A stretch of 46,145 nucleotides of DNA. Source: a virus. Below the pieces are notes generated by a model, which saw only the letters and a program-made list of their open reading frames with translations, made no database searches and had not been told where the DNA came from. Location of the stretch: UHGV virus genome UHGV-0144499; one strand, 5' to 3'. This document shows positions 17,999-28,939 of the stretch, in pieces (position 1 is the stretch's first letter; each line of letters opens with the position of its first letter). The position numbers and the translations under genes are program-made.

Positions 17999-20435
17999 TG
18001 TTCCTGCTGGCACAAATCTGTGGAGATGGCTGGAGAATTCCGGTCTTCCATCTGACATCAGGATTGCACTGAATGGCCGCATTTTTGGCCATGATGATGA
18101 ATTGTCGATATCGTTAAAGCAAAACGATATTGTTAACATTTACTGTCAGCCTCGAGGCGCCATTGGCGACCTTATCAGCACGATACTCAAGCCTGTAACG
18201 AAGGTGCTTTCTTTTCTGTTGCCGAAAGCATCAACGCCGTCAATCAACTCAGAAACATCAAAGTCATCGCCAAACAACTCACTCAAAGCTCAGACAAACA
18301 CGGCAAGAAATGGTGAGGCCAGACCTGATAATTTTGGGCAAGTCAGGAGTTATCCAGACCTGATTCAAGAGTCACTTTTTGAATACATAAATAACATAAA
18401 ATATGTTACAGAAATAATGAACTTCGGGCTTGGGAAATACACCGTCTCATCAGTCAGGTATTCAGAGTCAAACCTTGGCTCGCTTGCTGGTGCATCATAT
18501 ACAATATATAACCCTGGAGAAATTATACCTGTGATATATGAGCCTTATGCTTTTGATGATGTTGATGGTCAGGAATTATACGGACCAAATGAGTTGAGTG
18601 TTGACCCTCCTCCAGTGCAAATTGAGACAGCTACCACGACAACGGTAAGTGATTCCGACTTTGCATCCGGAGAGCTGCTCATAAAAATACCAAAAAATAG
18701 TGATTTCGACTATTTTGTAGACCTTACCATGCCGCATGCTGTTGTTTTTGAACTAAACATAACCTACCCAACTCCTGGGGGTAGCACAACAGCGGATGTT
18801 ACATTATCTGGAAACCTAACATTCGCGGAAGAAAAAAATGATGGATTAATACCTCCTGTGGATTACTGGTACGAATTTACAATAAACTCAATAAATTATG
18901 GCGGAGCGCCAATCTCATCCCTTGATGGGGTTACAATAAATAATACGTTATTTTCATTAACTGACAATCAACCGCTGGTATCTGGCCCATATTTCTCGCC
19001 AATAGAGGGGGGTGAGCTTTGGGTGCATTTCATAGCACAACTTGGAGATAAAGACTATGCAAATGTGAAGATTGAGTGGTGGAAAGTCGATGATAACAAC
19101 GAGCAAATACCAGAGACAAAGGAGGAGCATTTTTTTGAAACTGGAGCAGCACCAAGGACAGACAATTACTTTTACACAATAAAATTAACCCCATCAGCTG
19201 GATTCGGGAGATATGCAATACAGTTTTCAAGAACCAACAACAGCAATGACCACTCAATCATTCAGGTTGACGAGGTTCACACAATAATAAAGAGGGAAAA
19301 TGTATCCTATCATGATGACACAATTGTTAAGGTAGTTGTTAGAGCGACAGAAAACGCCACCGGGAGCAGGGAGAGAAAGTATAACGCGCTGATCACCCGC
19401 TGGACTATCGGATACAATAGAACAACCGGGACAGTCGACTATACGTTAAGGCCATCAAGAAGTTTTGCAGATTCAGTGCTGCATAACTGGCTTATTACCG
19501 CTGGTCAGTCTGAGAACACCATTGACGTTGGAAGGCTCTATGAAATAGCTGATTCGCTGCCTGATGAGCGTCTTGGGTACTTTGATTACACCTTTGACGA
19601 TGATGATAAGTCCATTGGTGAGCGAATTCAGACCATCTGTGATGCAGCTCGCGTAACGGTGTTTTGGGATGATGGTGTTTTATCTTTTTCAAGAGATGAG
19701 CAAAAATCAACCCCTGAAACTGTGTTTAATACCAGAAACACGCAGGCTGATGGCTATAAAATGTCTTATGACATGACTTTGCCGGGGTCATATGATGGCG
19801 TAAGTGTTCAGTACCGCGACCCAAACACCAATAAACAGGCTTACGTTTATTATAAAGTGGGCACTTCTGGTATCGAACCGGGAGAGCCAACTAAGCCGAA
19901 AAAATTCGACATGCTATATGTTCGAAACCTGTATCAGGCAACAGACCGGGCCATGCTTGAGTGCAATCGTCTGATGTACTCACGCCGAGGGATGGAGATA
20001 AAGGCGCTTGCTGATGGCGAGTGGGTGAACATTGGCGATATGATTTCTGTTGTCGACATTTATGATTCAGTGCAGCAGACTGGCGTTATCCGCTCAAGGT
20101 CTGGAAACGTATTAACCACCAGCGAGCAACTCACAGCAAGCAGTGGCTTGTTTGTAGTTATCACTGGCGCCAATGGGAATGTGTCAGAACGTCTGGCTTG
20201 TACTGTTACTGGATTGAACACATTCGAATGCGCATTGCCATCTGACTTCGAGTTAAACATTTTTGATGGTGTTAATGTTCAGTCAGAATCAAGATATGCC
20301 ATCTCAACAGAGGTTGAGCTTGACTCTACGCTATGGACAGTAAGTCAGAAAACTCCAGGTACAGATGGCACAGTGTCTCTAACCGTAACTGAGTACAATG
20401 ACGCCATGTACGCCTACACCAACCCTGTTGCATGA
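17946..20435 (+). CDS. tail tip protein: N-terminal lambda I-like assembly domain fused to J-like central fibre/host-specificity protein (829 aa)
   Basis: N-terminus [13 protein letters not shown]...[12 protein letters not shown]...[14 protein letters not shown] resembles tail assembly protein I; remaining ~600 aa large beta-rich tip protein in J position. Confidence 0.5.
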   Translation: MPVIHIQKMPGVPKETGNVPAGTNLWRWLENSGLPSDIRIALNGRIFGHDDELSISLKQNDIVNIYCQPRGAIGDLISTILKPVTKVLSFLLPKASTPSINSETSKSSPNNSLKAQTNTARNGEARPDNFGQVRSYPDLIQESLFEYINNIKYVTEIMNFGLGKYTVSSVRYSESNLGSLAGASYTIYNPGEIIPVIYEPYAFDDVDGQELYGPNELSVDPPPVQIETATTTTVSDSDFASGELLIKIPKNSDFDYFVDLTMPHAVVFELNITYPTPGGSTTADVTLSGNLTFAEEKNDGLIPPVDYWYEFTINSINYGGAPISSLDGVTINNTLFSLTDNQPLVSGPYFSPIEGGELWVHFIAQLGDKDYANVKIEWWKVDDNNEQIPETKEEHFFETGAAPRTDNYFYTIKLTPSAGFGRYAIQFSRTNNSNDHSIIQVDEVHTIIKRENVSYHDDTIVKVVVRATENATGSRERKYNALITRWTIGYNRTTGTVDYTLRPSRSFADSVLHNWLITAGQSENTIDVGRLYEIADSLPDERLGYFDYTFDDDDKSIGERIQTICDAARVTVFWDDGVLSFSRDEQKSTPETVFNTRNTQADGYKMSYDMTLPGSYDGVSVQYRDPNTNKQAYVYYKVGTSGIEPGEPTKPKKFDMLYVRNLYQATDRAMLECNRLMYSRRGMEIKALADGEWVNIGDMISVVDIYDSVQQTGVIRSRSGNVLTTSEQLTASSGLFVVITGANGNVSERLACTVTGLNTFECALPSDFELNIFDGVNVQSESRYAISTEVELDSTLWTVSQKTPGTDGTVSLTVTEYNDAMYAYTNPVA

Positions 20436-20473
20436 TACAATAGGGCAATTAATGATTATGGAGATTGCAGCCA

Positions 20474-23443
20474 ATGGCTACTACCCCAACTAACAATCCA
20501 GTCCCATCAAACGACCTGAATGATTTTAGATTCAACTGCGAAAAAGTTGATGAGATTGTAAATTCAGATAGTGAGAAATACACTGATAGATTAGGTGTAG
20601 AAAGATATACCATTGATGGTGTAAGAAAAAATCTTATTCCTCTTGGTAAGCAATATATGACGCTATCTGATGCACAGGCTGATATTGCTAATATACCGGT
20701 TAACTCTTACACCTATGTGCGAGACGCATCTGGCGCTGCTCTTGCTTCCGAGTACCAGAATGTCGCCGGGGTATTAACAGCGACTGGCCGAAAAATGCCG
20801 TCGTATGACTCAATAAAAAGATCAAATATCCTTTTTGACACATTCAATGAACAATCATCAGCACAGTTAACTTTTGCTAATTGGGACTGGTATAAAGGGG
20901 CGACCCCAACTTTTTCAACAAGCGACTCTAATCTACCGCTTCCAACACCTGTTATTCAAGCTTCTGGTGTAACATCGTTTGATAAATATTACGATGTGTC
21001 AAAATTACAGGTAAAACCAGGAGACACTTTAGCTTTCTCTGTTTTGGTATGGTTCGAGAACGCTGGAGGCAAGTTACAGATTTATTGGCTTGATTCAGCA
21101 GGAGCAACCATCACTACAGGGGAAGCATCTCCACTGGTTGCTGGCATATCCTCTCCGGTTGTGGTCATTGCTGTGCCATCTGGCGCATCATCCATACGAA
21201 TTCGGGTGCAAAACACTGTGTCAGGGGCGTTCAAAATCGGCGCCTATGCCGCAGCTATTGGTGATGTTACTCCTGAATTCACAAGGTCTTTCCCTTCAAA
21301 AGCGCACCAGGAGGCATTGGGTACCCCTGATAACCTCGTATACGACCCATTTGGCGAAATGCTGGCAGTACGTCCAAAACAAGGACTTCCTGCAGGTGTT
21401 GTGGATGCAATGAGTTATGCCGGAACCCTGATCCAGAACAGCACAAATTCTCCATGGGGTAAAACAGGTATCCAGAACGCGGCCGGGGTGGGTTCTGACC
21501 GCATAATCTCTCTCAGCTCGATGGGCGTTAAGCCAGGAGACACTATCACTGTCCGTCTGGCGGCCTGGTTCGCATCAACGGGTGGCACGTTTCAGGTTTT
21601 CTGTCGTAATGCATCCGGAGCACTTTCCTCGGCAACTATTGCCGCATCAGCATCCGGCTTTAATGATGGAAGTACCACGCTGACAATACCAGCATCAACG
21701 ACATACCTTACGCTTCGCGCATCAGGGGCTATGGTCAAGGAGCTGGTTGCCATAGGTGTAGCTTTCGGACGATCTCGCCCTGAGTTTATTTACGGTAGCC
21801 TTCCAGCAGAGTATTCAGGGTACCAGCGCCAGCAGATTAACCTGTGGCCTGATCCCTGGTATCGCCGCTACGAATGTGGCGAAACAAGAATAGACGGATG
21901 GGGACCAGCTCAGGTTGCCGGGGTTTCGCTTCCGGCCTATGTTGGCGATTATTCAGGTAGCCCTTTCCTGCGAAAGAAATCACTGATTATCCCGGTTGGT
22001 GGTGGCCAAACAGATATCAACATCTCGGCTAAACGACTTGGGCTTCGCGCAGGTGATTCACTGACAGTAGCACTTGGAGTAGTAGCGTCACAGGCTATCA
22101 ACCTAGCTGCTTATTTCCGAACCTCATCCGGGGCAGTAATCAGCGACTCGACATCTCAACTGTTTCAGTTTCCATCGCAACAGTACCAAACGCTTGTGAA
22201 AACAATCACTATTACCCAAGCGATTGTGGATACTGCAGGTTATCTCCAAATAAGGCTGATGAATGCTCAGACAGTAGGCGCTGCTGGCGTCTATGTTGTT
22301 GCCAGGGGGCTTTTTGTCGGAAACGGATCGCCAGTTCTTAGCGATGACACCTATCAGCAGGATTCCGACCATTATTTGGAGAAAACATATACTCTGAATA
22401 GAGATTCGCTCCGCGAGACGCATAAACGTCTTATGAGCAGAAAATTATCTCAATCTGCAACATTGGTTACGGCTCATATAGGTGATAGCTGGACTCACCT
22501 GTGGAACCGTTGGAGTGGTATATTTGCCGGAAAAATGCAGGATGACTACGGAAGTGCTGGTATTGGATATATCGGCTTTGGCTATCCGTCTGAGGCTGGT
22601 TTCGGGCAGTACAACGGCAATATACTTGGTCAGATAACTTTGACCAAAACAGGAACATGGACTCCGACATATGCGGCAGCACAGAGCGCAGATATTTGTA
22701 GCGTCTCGTCTTCTGATACCACCGCTACTTTCAGGGCGAACGGTATACCGGCAAACGCATCGTCAGTCCGCCTTTTTGCTAAACCGCAGGGGAGTGTTAA
22801 ATACAGCACAGATGGTGGAGTTAACTGGACAACTATCGACCTGAGCACGTTCACTGACCTTGCGGTTGTCAGTCTCACGGTGCCTGCAACAGCTTTCAAT
22901 ATCTGGTTCAGTCCGGTATCAGGAACCGTTGAACTGTACGGCCTGGATGTGCAGACCGCTACAGATGGTGTCCGGTCTCACAAGCTGGGTGCGACGGGGA
23001 GTTCTGCTAAACAATGGGCTGCGCAAGTTACCAGTGCAACATGGCAGGCTGCACTCACCGCGCTGGCCCCCAACCTGGTGACTATCCTACACGGGACGAA
23101 CGACCAGACATCCTCGCGCGACCCTGCGGCGTTTGCTGCCGATATTCAGACGATAATCACAGCAGTTCGCACCGCATGTCCATTGTCTGATGTCCTGGTG
23201 ATCATGCCATGTGAAAACCAGAGAAATAACAATGTGGCAATGGCTGCTTATGCGTCAGTGGTAATGGAAGTTTGCGCGCTAAACAGGGTGGCTTACCACA
23301 ATCTTCAGATCGATTATGGCGATAAGCCTTCTGATTATGCGTCAACCTCTCCGCGCAACTGGTTTAACGCAGATGGAATACATCCTGACCCCGCGACTGG
23401 AGGTGGACTTCCTATAGTTTCTGCTGTATTAGGTCTTGTTTAA
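20474..23443 (+). CDS. tail fibre / tailspike with three tandem ~170-aa beta-sandwich repeats and C-terminal SGNH/GDSL hydrolase domain
   Basis: ATG at 20474 with GGAG RBS; repeats marked by KPGDTLAFSV (21013), KPGDTITVRL (21530), RAGDSLTVAL (22047); SGNH blocks I AHIGDSW, III HGTNDQ, V DGIHPD. Confidence 0.7.
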   Translation: MATTPTNNPVPSNDLNDFRFNCEKVDEIVNSDSEKYTDRLGVERYTIDGVRKNLIPLGKQYMTLSDAQADIANIPVNSYTYVRDASGAALASEYQNVAGVLTATGRKMPSYDSIKRSNILFDTFNEQSSAQLTFANWDWYKGATPTFSTSDSNLPLPTPVIQASGVTSFDKYYDVSKLQVKPGDTLAFSVLVWFENAGGKLQIYWLDSAGATITTGEASPLVAGISSPVVVIAVPSGASSIRIRVQNTVSGAFKIGAYAAAIGDVTPEFTRSFPSKAHQEALGTPDNLVYDPFGEMLAVRPKQGLPAGVVDAMSYAGTLIQNSTNSPWGKTGIQNAAGVGSDRIISLSSMGVKPGDTITVRLAAWFASTGGTFQVFCRNASGALSSATIAASASGFNDGSTTLTIPASTTYLTLRASGAMVKELVAIGVAFGRSRPEFIYGSLPAEYSGYQRQQINLWPDPWYRRYECGETRIDGWGPAQVAGVSLPAYVGDYSGSPFLRKKSLIIPVGGGQTDINISAKRLGLRAGDSLTVALGVVASQAINLAAYFRTSSGAVISDSTSQLFQFPSQQYQTLVKTITITQAIVDTAGYLQIRLMNAQTVGAAGVYVVARGLFVGNGSPVLSDDTYQQDSDHYLEKTYTLNRDSLRETHKRLMSRKLSQSATLVTAHIGDSWTHLWNRWSGIFAGKMQDDYGSAGIGYIGFGYPSEAGFGQYNGNILGQITLTKTGTWTPTYAAAQSADICSVSSSDTTATFRANGIPANASSVRLFAKPQGSVKYSTDGGVNWTTIDLSTFTDLAVVSLTVPATAFNIWFSPVSGTVELYGLDVQTATDGVRSHKLGATGSSAKQWAAQVTSATWQAALTALAPNLVTILHGTNDQTSSRDPAAFAADIQTIITAVRTACPLSDVLVIMPCENQRNNNVAMAAYASVVMEVCALNRVAYHNLQIDYGDKPSDYASTSPRNWFNADGIHPDPATGGGLPIVSAVLGLV

Positions 23444-23445
23444 AT

Positions 23446-23470
23446 AAAAAGGGCCGCAAGGCCCTTTTCT
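23446..23470. terminator. bidirectional rho-independent terminator
   Basis: aaaaagggcc-gcaa-ggccctttt between convergent tailspike (+) and ssb (-). Confidence 0.6.
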
Positions 23471-23472
23471 CC

Positions 23473-23976
23473 TTAAAAAGGAATATCATCATCAAAATCC
23501 ATCGGCGGCTCGTTTACCGGTGGTTTTTGTGTGCTTGATGTTTGCTGAGGTTTACCCCATCCTGTTTGCTGATTGCTTCCTGACTGTTGGGGTTGTTTTG
23601 ATTGTTGGTTTCCATTATCACTTGATTTACCACCAATCATTTGCATGACGCCGTTCATAGGCTGCAAGACGATTTCAGTGGTGTATTTTTCAACTCCGCT
23701 TTGGTCTGTCCATTTTCGAGTGCGTAATTTACCTTCTACATACACCTGAGAGCCTTTGCGCAGGTATTCGCCAGCCACCTCTGCCAGCTTTCCGAAGATA
23801 ACTACACGATGCCATTCAGTTTGCTCTTTCTTTTCACCTGTGGCCTTGTCATTCCACTGTTCTGATGTTGCCAGAGACAGATTGCACACAGCGCCGCCAG
23901 ATGGCATATATTTAACCTCAGGGTCTTGTCCGAGAGTGCCCAAAATGATTACTTTGTTGATTCCGCGAGATGCCAT
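23473..23976 (-). CDS. ssb: single-stranded DNA-binding protein
   Basis: Canonical OB-fold SSB ([41 protein letters not shown]...) with Gly/Gln-rich linker and acidic tail DFDDDIPF. Confidence 0.9.
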   Translation of the reverse strand: MASRGINKVIILGTLGQDPEVKYMPSGGAVCNLSLATSEQWNDKATGEKKEQTEWHRVVIFGKLAEVAGEYLRKGSQVYVEGKLRTRKWTDQSGVEKYTTEIVLQPMNGVMQMIGGKSSDNGNQQSKQPQQSGSNQQTGWGKPQQTSSTQKPPVNEPPMDFDDDIPF

Positions 23977-23985
23977 AATTTACCC

Positions 23986-25026
23986 TTAAAAGTTTTCGAT
24001 GTTCTGTTGAGATGTTGATGGCTTCTCTTCGTTTGCAGATGACACAGGCGCATCTGCTTTCTGGAGTTTTGCCGGGTTGAAATCGTCCTGCGGTGTGATA
24101 GTTACCGCTGCTGGCGATTCATCATTAATAAATGATTCAATGCGCTCATACTCTTCTGCTGATGCCTTCAATGTAGGCCAGATTGCACGAATTTTTGCTT
24201 TCACTGAATCAGGCAAGTTAACTGCCTCGGCAGTTAACGCAGCAACGCCTTTTGACGCAGTCATTTGAAGTTTAGAGCGCCAGTGCTCAAACTCTTCGTC
24301 GACCTTGACACCTGAATCCACCCATTTAATTAAGCCTCGCCCATGAGCCTCGCCTAAATATCCTTCGTGTACACTATCACGGCCTGAATCAAAGAAAATT
24401 GGGCGCAACTCTTCTGGTAGCTTGGTAAATTCCTGAATTTTTCCATTATCATACATCATCATGCTTACTGTCATTTCAAACATAAAATCTTTTTCGCATA
24501 CAGCATGCAATCCGAGGGATTCAGGTTTCTTGGGGTTTTTAAAGCTCGTTTTTTCTCTGGCGCGTAAACATACAATGATATGCATATTGCTCTGCAAAAG
24601 AGCGCTCATGAATTTTTTATGTTCAGACTTGGCTCGCTTCCAGTCTGCCATTGCCTTACCCTGCAATAGTGGTTGCTCTGCAATATCATTGCATCCGCCT
24701 TCACCTTCCCATTCGTGCGATCCTGAATCAATAACCAGAACCTTAACGCCAGCCTCCTGAAATTCCTCGATAGCCTGGCGGTAACGGGCAGGGCTAAATG
24801 GCGCATAAAGATCAGCGTGCATAAATGGACCGTCAAGCTCTCCAGAATAAAGCCTTCCGCGACCATTTTCAGAGTCGAGAAATCCAATTTCTTCTGGTTT
24901 ATCGACCATACCTCGCGCCATCTTTAGTGCCGTAAGTGTCTTACCGCTACCAGACTGACCTGAAATGCCAATCACTACACGAGAACCAGAGCGCTCTGCT
25001 GGCTTAATGTTTAAAATACCCATCAC
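23986..25026 (-). CDS. RecA-like / Sak4-like recombination ATPase (346 aa)
   Basis: Walker A GISGQSGSGKT and Walker B VLVIDSGSH; adjacent to ssb and exonuclease. Confidence 0.5.
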   Translation of the reverse strand: MMGILNIKPAERSGSRVVIGISGQSGSGKTLTALKMARGMVDKPEEIGFLDSENGRGRLYSGELDGPFMHADLYAPFSPARYRQAIEEFQEAGVKVLVIDSGSHEWEGEGGCNDIAEQPLLQGKAMADWKRAKSEHKKFMSALLQSNMHIIVCLRAREKTSFKNPKKPESLGLHAVCEKDFMFEMTVSMMMYDNGKIQEFTKLPEELRPIFFDSGRDSVHEGYLGEAHGRGLIKWVDSGVKVDEEFEHWRSKLQMTASKGVAALTAEAVNLPDSVKAKIRAIWPTLKASAEEYERIESFINDESPAAVTITPQDDFNPAKLQKADAPVSSANEEKPSTSQQNIENF

Positions 25027-25046
25027 TTCACCTCATTTACTATTAA

Positions 25047-25985
25047 TTACAGATTAAATTGCTTTTTGAACCACTCAGGCGTCTCCATTTCGATGACCGG
25101 ATTACCCATTGAGTAACCGGGCCATGAATTGGCTTTTTTGCATGCCTTGTAGATTTCCATCGCGCTGCGCAGCTGAATGCGACCAATGCGTAACTGCTCA
25201 TCCGTCAGACGAATCAGTGCAGGGATGAATGGAGACTTTTTCTCCTGCACCAAAAGGTTTACCGAGCGAGGAGCATGCCCATAAGCCTCTACAAACATGT
25301 CGTGCTGCATCGCCATCTTCATAAAGTACCCGAGACGCGCTGCATGGCGGAAAAACTCATCAGGCTTTGCGCTCACCGATGTTTTGTAGTCGATGATATC
25401 GCCACCGCGAGTAAGGCAGTCAAAGCGTACTTTTGATGGCTCGCCAAGCAACTCACCGAGAATTGACACCTCGGAATAAGCACCAGAAAGCAGGCTGCTG
25501 TAATAGCTGTTTGCATGGATTACGGCGCGCATCTGCATGATGGCGTCATAATCATCGCCTTCCAGCAAAATTCTTCCTTTTGCATTGAGTTCAGCAAATA
25601 GGCGCTCTTCATCATAGATTCTAACTGGCTCACCAGTTGAGCGGATGATTTTAATCACCTCAGCCTTTGTTTTGCCAGAAAGCCCCTTAATGCCGCGCTC
25701 TTTCGCCCATGAGTTCATATCGCTCACAGTAACAAGCAGTTCCGCGCCGAAATCCTCTTTCGTCGGCATGCGGGCATATTCTGCTTCGAAGCGCTCAGGC
25801 TCAAGCAGGGCTGTATGGCTTCCTGTGCCGAAGACAAGAGCCTTTGACTGCTCATCTTCTTCGTCTTTGTAGCGCCACGCTGCCGGACAGCGGTCATAGA
25901 TGTTCCACAGACCAGAGCCATTGATGTGCTCTGTGTCAGCGTGGTACTGCTCGTTACTGAGTTCGTTGTTTAAATAAACTTTCAT
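25047..25985 (-). CDS. PD-(D/E)XK family exonuclease (recombination)
   Basis: GDIIDYKT (D-x-D/E-x-K) nuclease motif; recombination-module context. Confidence 0.5.
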   Translation of the reverse strand: MKVYLNNELSNEQYHADTEHINGSGLWNIYDRCPAAWRYKDEEDEQSKALVFGTGSHTALLEPERFEAEYARMPTKEDFGAELLVTVSDMNSWAKERGIKGLSGKTKAEVIKIIRSTGEPVRIYDEERLFAELNAKGRILLEGDDYDAIMQMRAVIHANSYYSSLLSGAYSEVSILGELLGEPSKVRFDCLTRGGDIIDYKTSVSAKPDEFFRHAARLGYFMKMAMQHDMFVEAYGHAPRSVNLLVQEKKSPFIPALIRLTDEQLRIGRIQLRSAMEIYKACKKANSWPGYSMGNPVIEMETPEWFKKQFNL

Positions 25986-26029
25986 CCATCACCTCTTTTT
26001 ATTGTTAAATCAATCTACATCAAACCACG

Positions 26030-26446
26030 TCATTCATCAAGCCCAAAATAGAATAACGTCGCTCTTTTTATCCCTTCAAGACCATAAGCAATAGCGCCAA
26101 AGTGACCCTCTGCAATGGCGCACTCAAGAACCTCAATCTGCGATGGCGATACCTTTGATTTTGTCTTATCACGCCTCTTCAGCTCAATCAGGCCGCATTT
26201 ATGATTAATGCCGTGAGTTAGTATCACATTGTCGCTTACACCGCTCCTGACGCCCATTTTGCGGCGTTTTTCGACGAATTGAGGGCCACTCTTTGTTCCT
26301 GTCTCATTAGGGACATGAAACCACAGGACATCAGGAAATCTGTGTTGCATCCAAAGGCCATACCCCATCTGGTCAGTCTCTTCTTTAGGGCATTCTCCAC
26401 GATAACCACTGTCGAATACCCATATCCCGCTATCAAGCTGCTTCAA
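26030..26446 (-). CDS. VRR-NUC domain nuclease (138 aa)
   Basis: HVPNET...GLIELKRRDK pattern consistent with the VRR-NUC PD-(D/E)XK variant. Confidence 0.5.
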   Translation of the reverse strand: MKQLDSGIWVFDSGYRGECPKEETDQMGYGLWMQHRFPDVLWFHVPNETGTKSGPQFVEKRRKMGVRSGVSDNVILTHGINHKCGLIELKRRDKTKSKVSPSQIEVLECAIAEGHFGAIAYGLEGIKRATLFYFGLDE

Positions 26447-28370
26447 TTTGTTCTCCTATGAAATCCTTGCGGTGGATGACATCGCGGCCCTTATCGTTAA
26501 AGCGATGCGTGATGCGTTTAGGTGCTCTGATTAACCCGGCGTAATGCATGAAAGTCTTCGCATCATGACAGTCCATCATTTTCTTCATCATTGATTTATC
26601 TTCCAGATGCGGAAGCAGAGCTTTCATTTTAAACATGTCGCGCAGGTGCTTTGGCTTGCCTCCAAACGGATAAAACACTTCATTTGCCCAGCCGGTCTTG
26701 CCATCAGCTTTTACCACCAGGTAACGATAAAGAACCCCTTCAGCGTCTTTGGTGAGCTCTACTTTGAATTCTTTTACGTCAGTCCATTCATTATCCGTAT
26801 AAGCGCGCTCATTCAGCGCCGCATTAGGGTCGCGCAAAACGTGATCGCATTGACGGCAATAACGAGCTGTCGGGTCGTTCTTTGTTCCACATCCATCATC
26901 AAAAATGCGGATGCCGTGCTTGTCAAAACCACAGCGAATGAAGCTGAAAAACTCTTCGCATCGTCCGTCTGGCGATGTTGCATCTTTACCGATGCAGCGC
27001 CGTGCATATGGGCTGTTCATCGTCTGGCATTTAGGGCATGGAATCTGCTCTCCACTGCGCTTGGCGCGCTGTGCTTCTGCTTCCTCAAGGATGGGATCTT
27101 CGTAGAGTTGTCCAAGCTCAAACATTGTTCCCGAGAAATCGAGAACTAGATGATCTTCTTTATGATACCCTGCTTCTATGTGTTCTTTTTTAAGTAGTCG
27201 CATACCCCTGCCCAATAATTGGACAAGAAGAGTTAACGACATTATTTTCCTTAGTATGACGCTTACATCCCACAAAGGTATGTTTACACCTGTTGTTAAC
27301 GCCGCAATTTGGAATGTGTATTTTATTTTTCCAGTGTAGGCATCTTTTAGAGCCTTACGGCGAGCTTTCATGCCCATATCTTCAGTTACTATCGCATAGC
27401 TTCCTTCTGGTAAATATTTAGCGGCTTCCAAGCAATGCTTTTTCCCGGCACAGGTAATCAATACACCATTTCTGTCTTTGGTAAGCTCCATGACCTTCAT
27501 CATTATTTTTTGAGTAAGAGTGCCTTGTTCTAATATTTCCTTCTGCATCTGTTTTAGTTGCTCAGCGGTAAAGTCTTGAGTTCCATCAACATCCGAACCG
27601 TGAAAATCAGAAAGGTCATACTGTAAATCATCGACATCATGAAGGCCGAAGATTGTTGGGACAACAAATCCTCGATCGACCATGTACTTTGTATCAATGT
27701 TTATTATTTCGTGCTTCCAGTAGGCACCCTTCATTGACTCAGTGCCACGGAAAGGGCTTCCAGTAAAAGCGATAGTGATCATGTCGTGTCCATACTTTTC
27801 TTTGCAGCGCCGGTTTAGTTCAGTGAGTATTACTCCATACTGAGTTGTTGGGTTGTCACTGACTACATCCTGCCACGGGACCTGATGCCCCTCATCGCAA
27901 AGGCAAAATCTAGGTGTGTAATCTGAAAGGTCTGATTTTTTAATCACTTCACCAGATTCGTTTTTCTTGTCAAAAAGAGCATTTATAATTGTTCCTTCTG
28001 TTGCGCAGATTATTGGGTAAGCAGTGCTCTTTCTTCCTAGCGATGCACTATAAAGTGAGTTCTTAACTCCAAAATTCCAAAGCTCACTTGCATCCTGGTC
28101 GATAATCTCAGACTGTCTAGCTATTACCAGACCTTCCCACCCCATATCCTGGAATCGACTGCACAGCATGGAAATCATTACCGTCTTACCTGATGAAACT
28201 GACGCTGTTACGTAGCTAGGCTTGGGGTCTTTGCCAAAATTACGAATAACCTCTGCGCACTTGGCATACACCAGCCACTGGTAATCATATGGCTCTATGA
28301 GTCCAGGCTTGATAGATTGCTTTAACTTTTCAATGTCAAGCTCTGCAATCATTTTGTCTATTTTATGCAT
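26433..28370 (-). CDS. SF2 (DEAD/DEAH-like) DNA helicase with C-terminal zinc ribbons (645 aa)
   Basis: Motif I ASVSSGKT, motif II DEGH; C-terminal CPKC...C and CxxC...CRQC zinc-ribbon pairs. Confidence 0.7.
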   Translation of the reverse strand: MHKIDKMIAELDIEKLKQSIKPGLIEPYDYQWLVYAKCAEVIRNFGKDPKPSYVTASVSSGKTVMISMLCSRFQDMGWEGLVIARQSEIIDQDASELWNFGVKNSLYSASLGRKSTAYPIICATEGTIINALFDKKNESGEVIKKSDLSDYTPRFCLCDEGHQVPWQDVVSDNPTTQYGVILTELNRRCKEKYGHDMITIAFTGSPFRGTESMKGAYWKHEIINIDTKYMVDRGFVVPTIFGLHDVDDLQYDLSDFHGSDVDGTQDFTAEQLKQMQKEILEQGTLTQKIMMKVMELTKDRNGVLITCAGKKHCLEAAKYLPEGSYAIVTEDMGMKARRKALKDAYTGKIKYTFQIAALTTGVNIPLWDVSVILRKIMSLTLLVQLLGRGMRLLKKEHIEAGYHKEDHLVLDFSGTMFELGQLYEDPILEEAEAQRAKRSGEQIPCPKCQTMNSPYARRCIGKDATSPDGRCEEFFSFIRCGFDKHGIRIFDDGCGTKNDPTARYCRQCDHVLRDPNAALNERAYTDNEWTDVKEFKVELTKDAEGVLYRYLVVKADGKTGWANEVFYPFGGKPKHLRDMFKMKALLPHLEDKSMMKKMMDCHDAKTFMHYAGLIRAPKRITHRFNDKGRDVIHRKDFIGEQIEAA

Positions 28371-28373
28371 AAC

Positions 28374-28939
28374 TCACCCTAAATTAACAAACTCTTTATG
28401 GTTAACCACCATGAATTCACTAATCGCCTTCTCTGCTGATTCTATGGTATCAAACAATCCAATATGAACCCTCTTCTTGTTTATTGAGGTTTGCGCTCGC
28501 CATTTGTTGCATCTTTTATCAAAATGCACGCCTTTTACTCCGGATTTATTTGTTGATTTCTTTTTCATGTTGAACATGTTTTGTTGATGACTGGAAATTC
28601 TAAGGTTGCAAATTCGATTGTCTGATTTATCACCATTTATATGGTCTATTTCATGACCATCGATATCTTCTCCATAAACATAAATCCACGCCAATCTATG
28701 CGCGAAAACAGCCTTGATCCAACCCTTATTTTTATGTACCCACGTGAATTTTTATATCCAGCAATATCTCCTGGATTGACATTTCTTGAGTTGCCATTAA
28801 TCCAGGTAAACACCCCAGTGCCAGGGCTGTAATCAAGAACCTGCATCAGCCTTTCCCGTGAAATTTTTACTCCTTCTTTCTTCCCTGAATTTTTTAAGCC
28901 TGCATCCTGAGCAGCAGAACTCAGCTCTTGATGTTCCAT
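28374..28939 (-). pseudogene. second HNH-AP2 homing endonuclease, split into two frames by the ORF track (28646..28939 NUMOD-like N-terminus; 28374..28694 HNH + AP2)
   Basis: N-terminal part GTGVFTWINGNSRNVNPGDIAGYKNSRGYIKI and C-terminal part GEDIDGHEIDHINGDKSDNRICNLRISSHQQN + AP2 (KSGVKGVHFDKRCNKWRAQTSINKKRVHIGLF) are collinear with the intact paralog at 10894-11379; frames differ by 1 nt in an A-rich run near 28676-28686, and the C-terminal ORF lacks an ATG. Confidence 0.45.

Noticed and set aside
26607-27149. 180-aa + strand ORF antisense to the SF2 helicase
   Set aside because: Entirely embedded in a strongly supported minus-strand gene; no RBS or motif.
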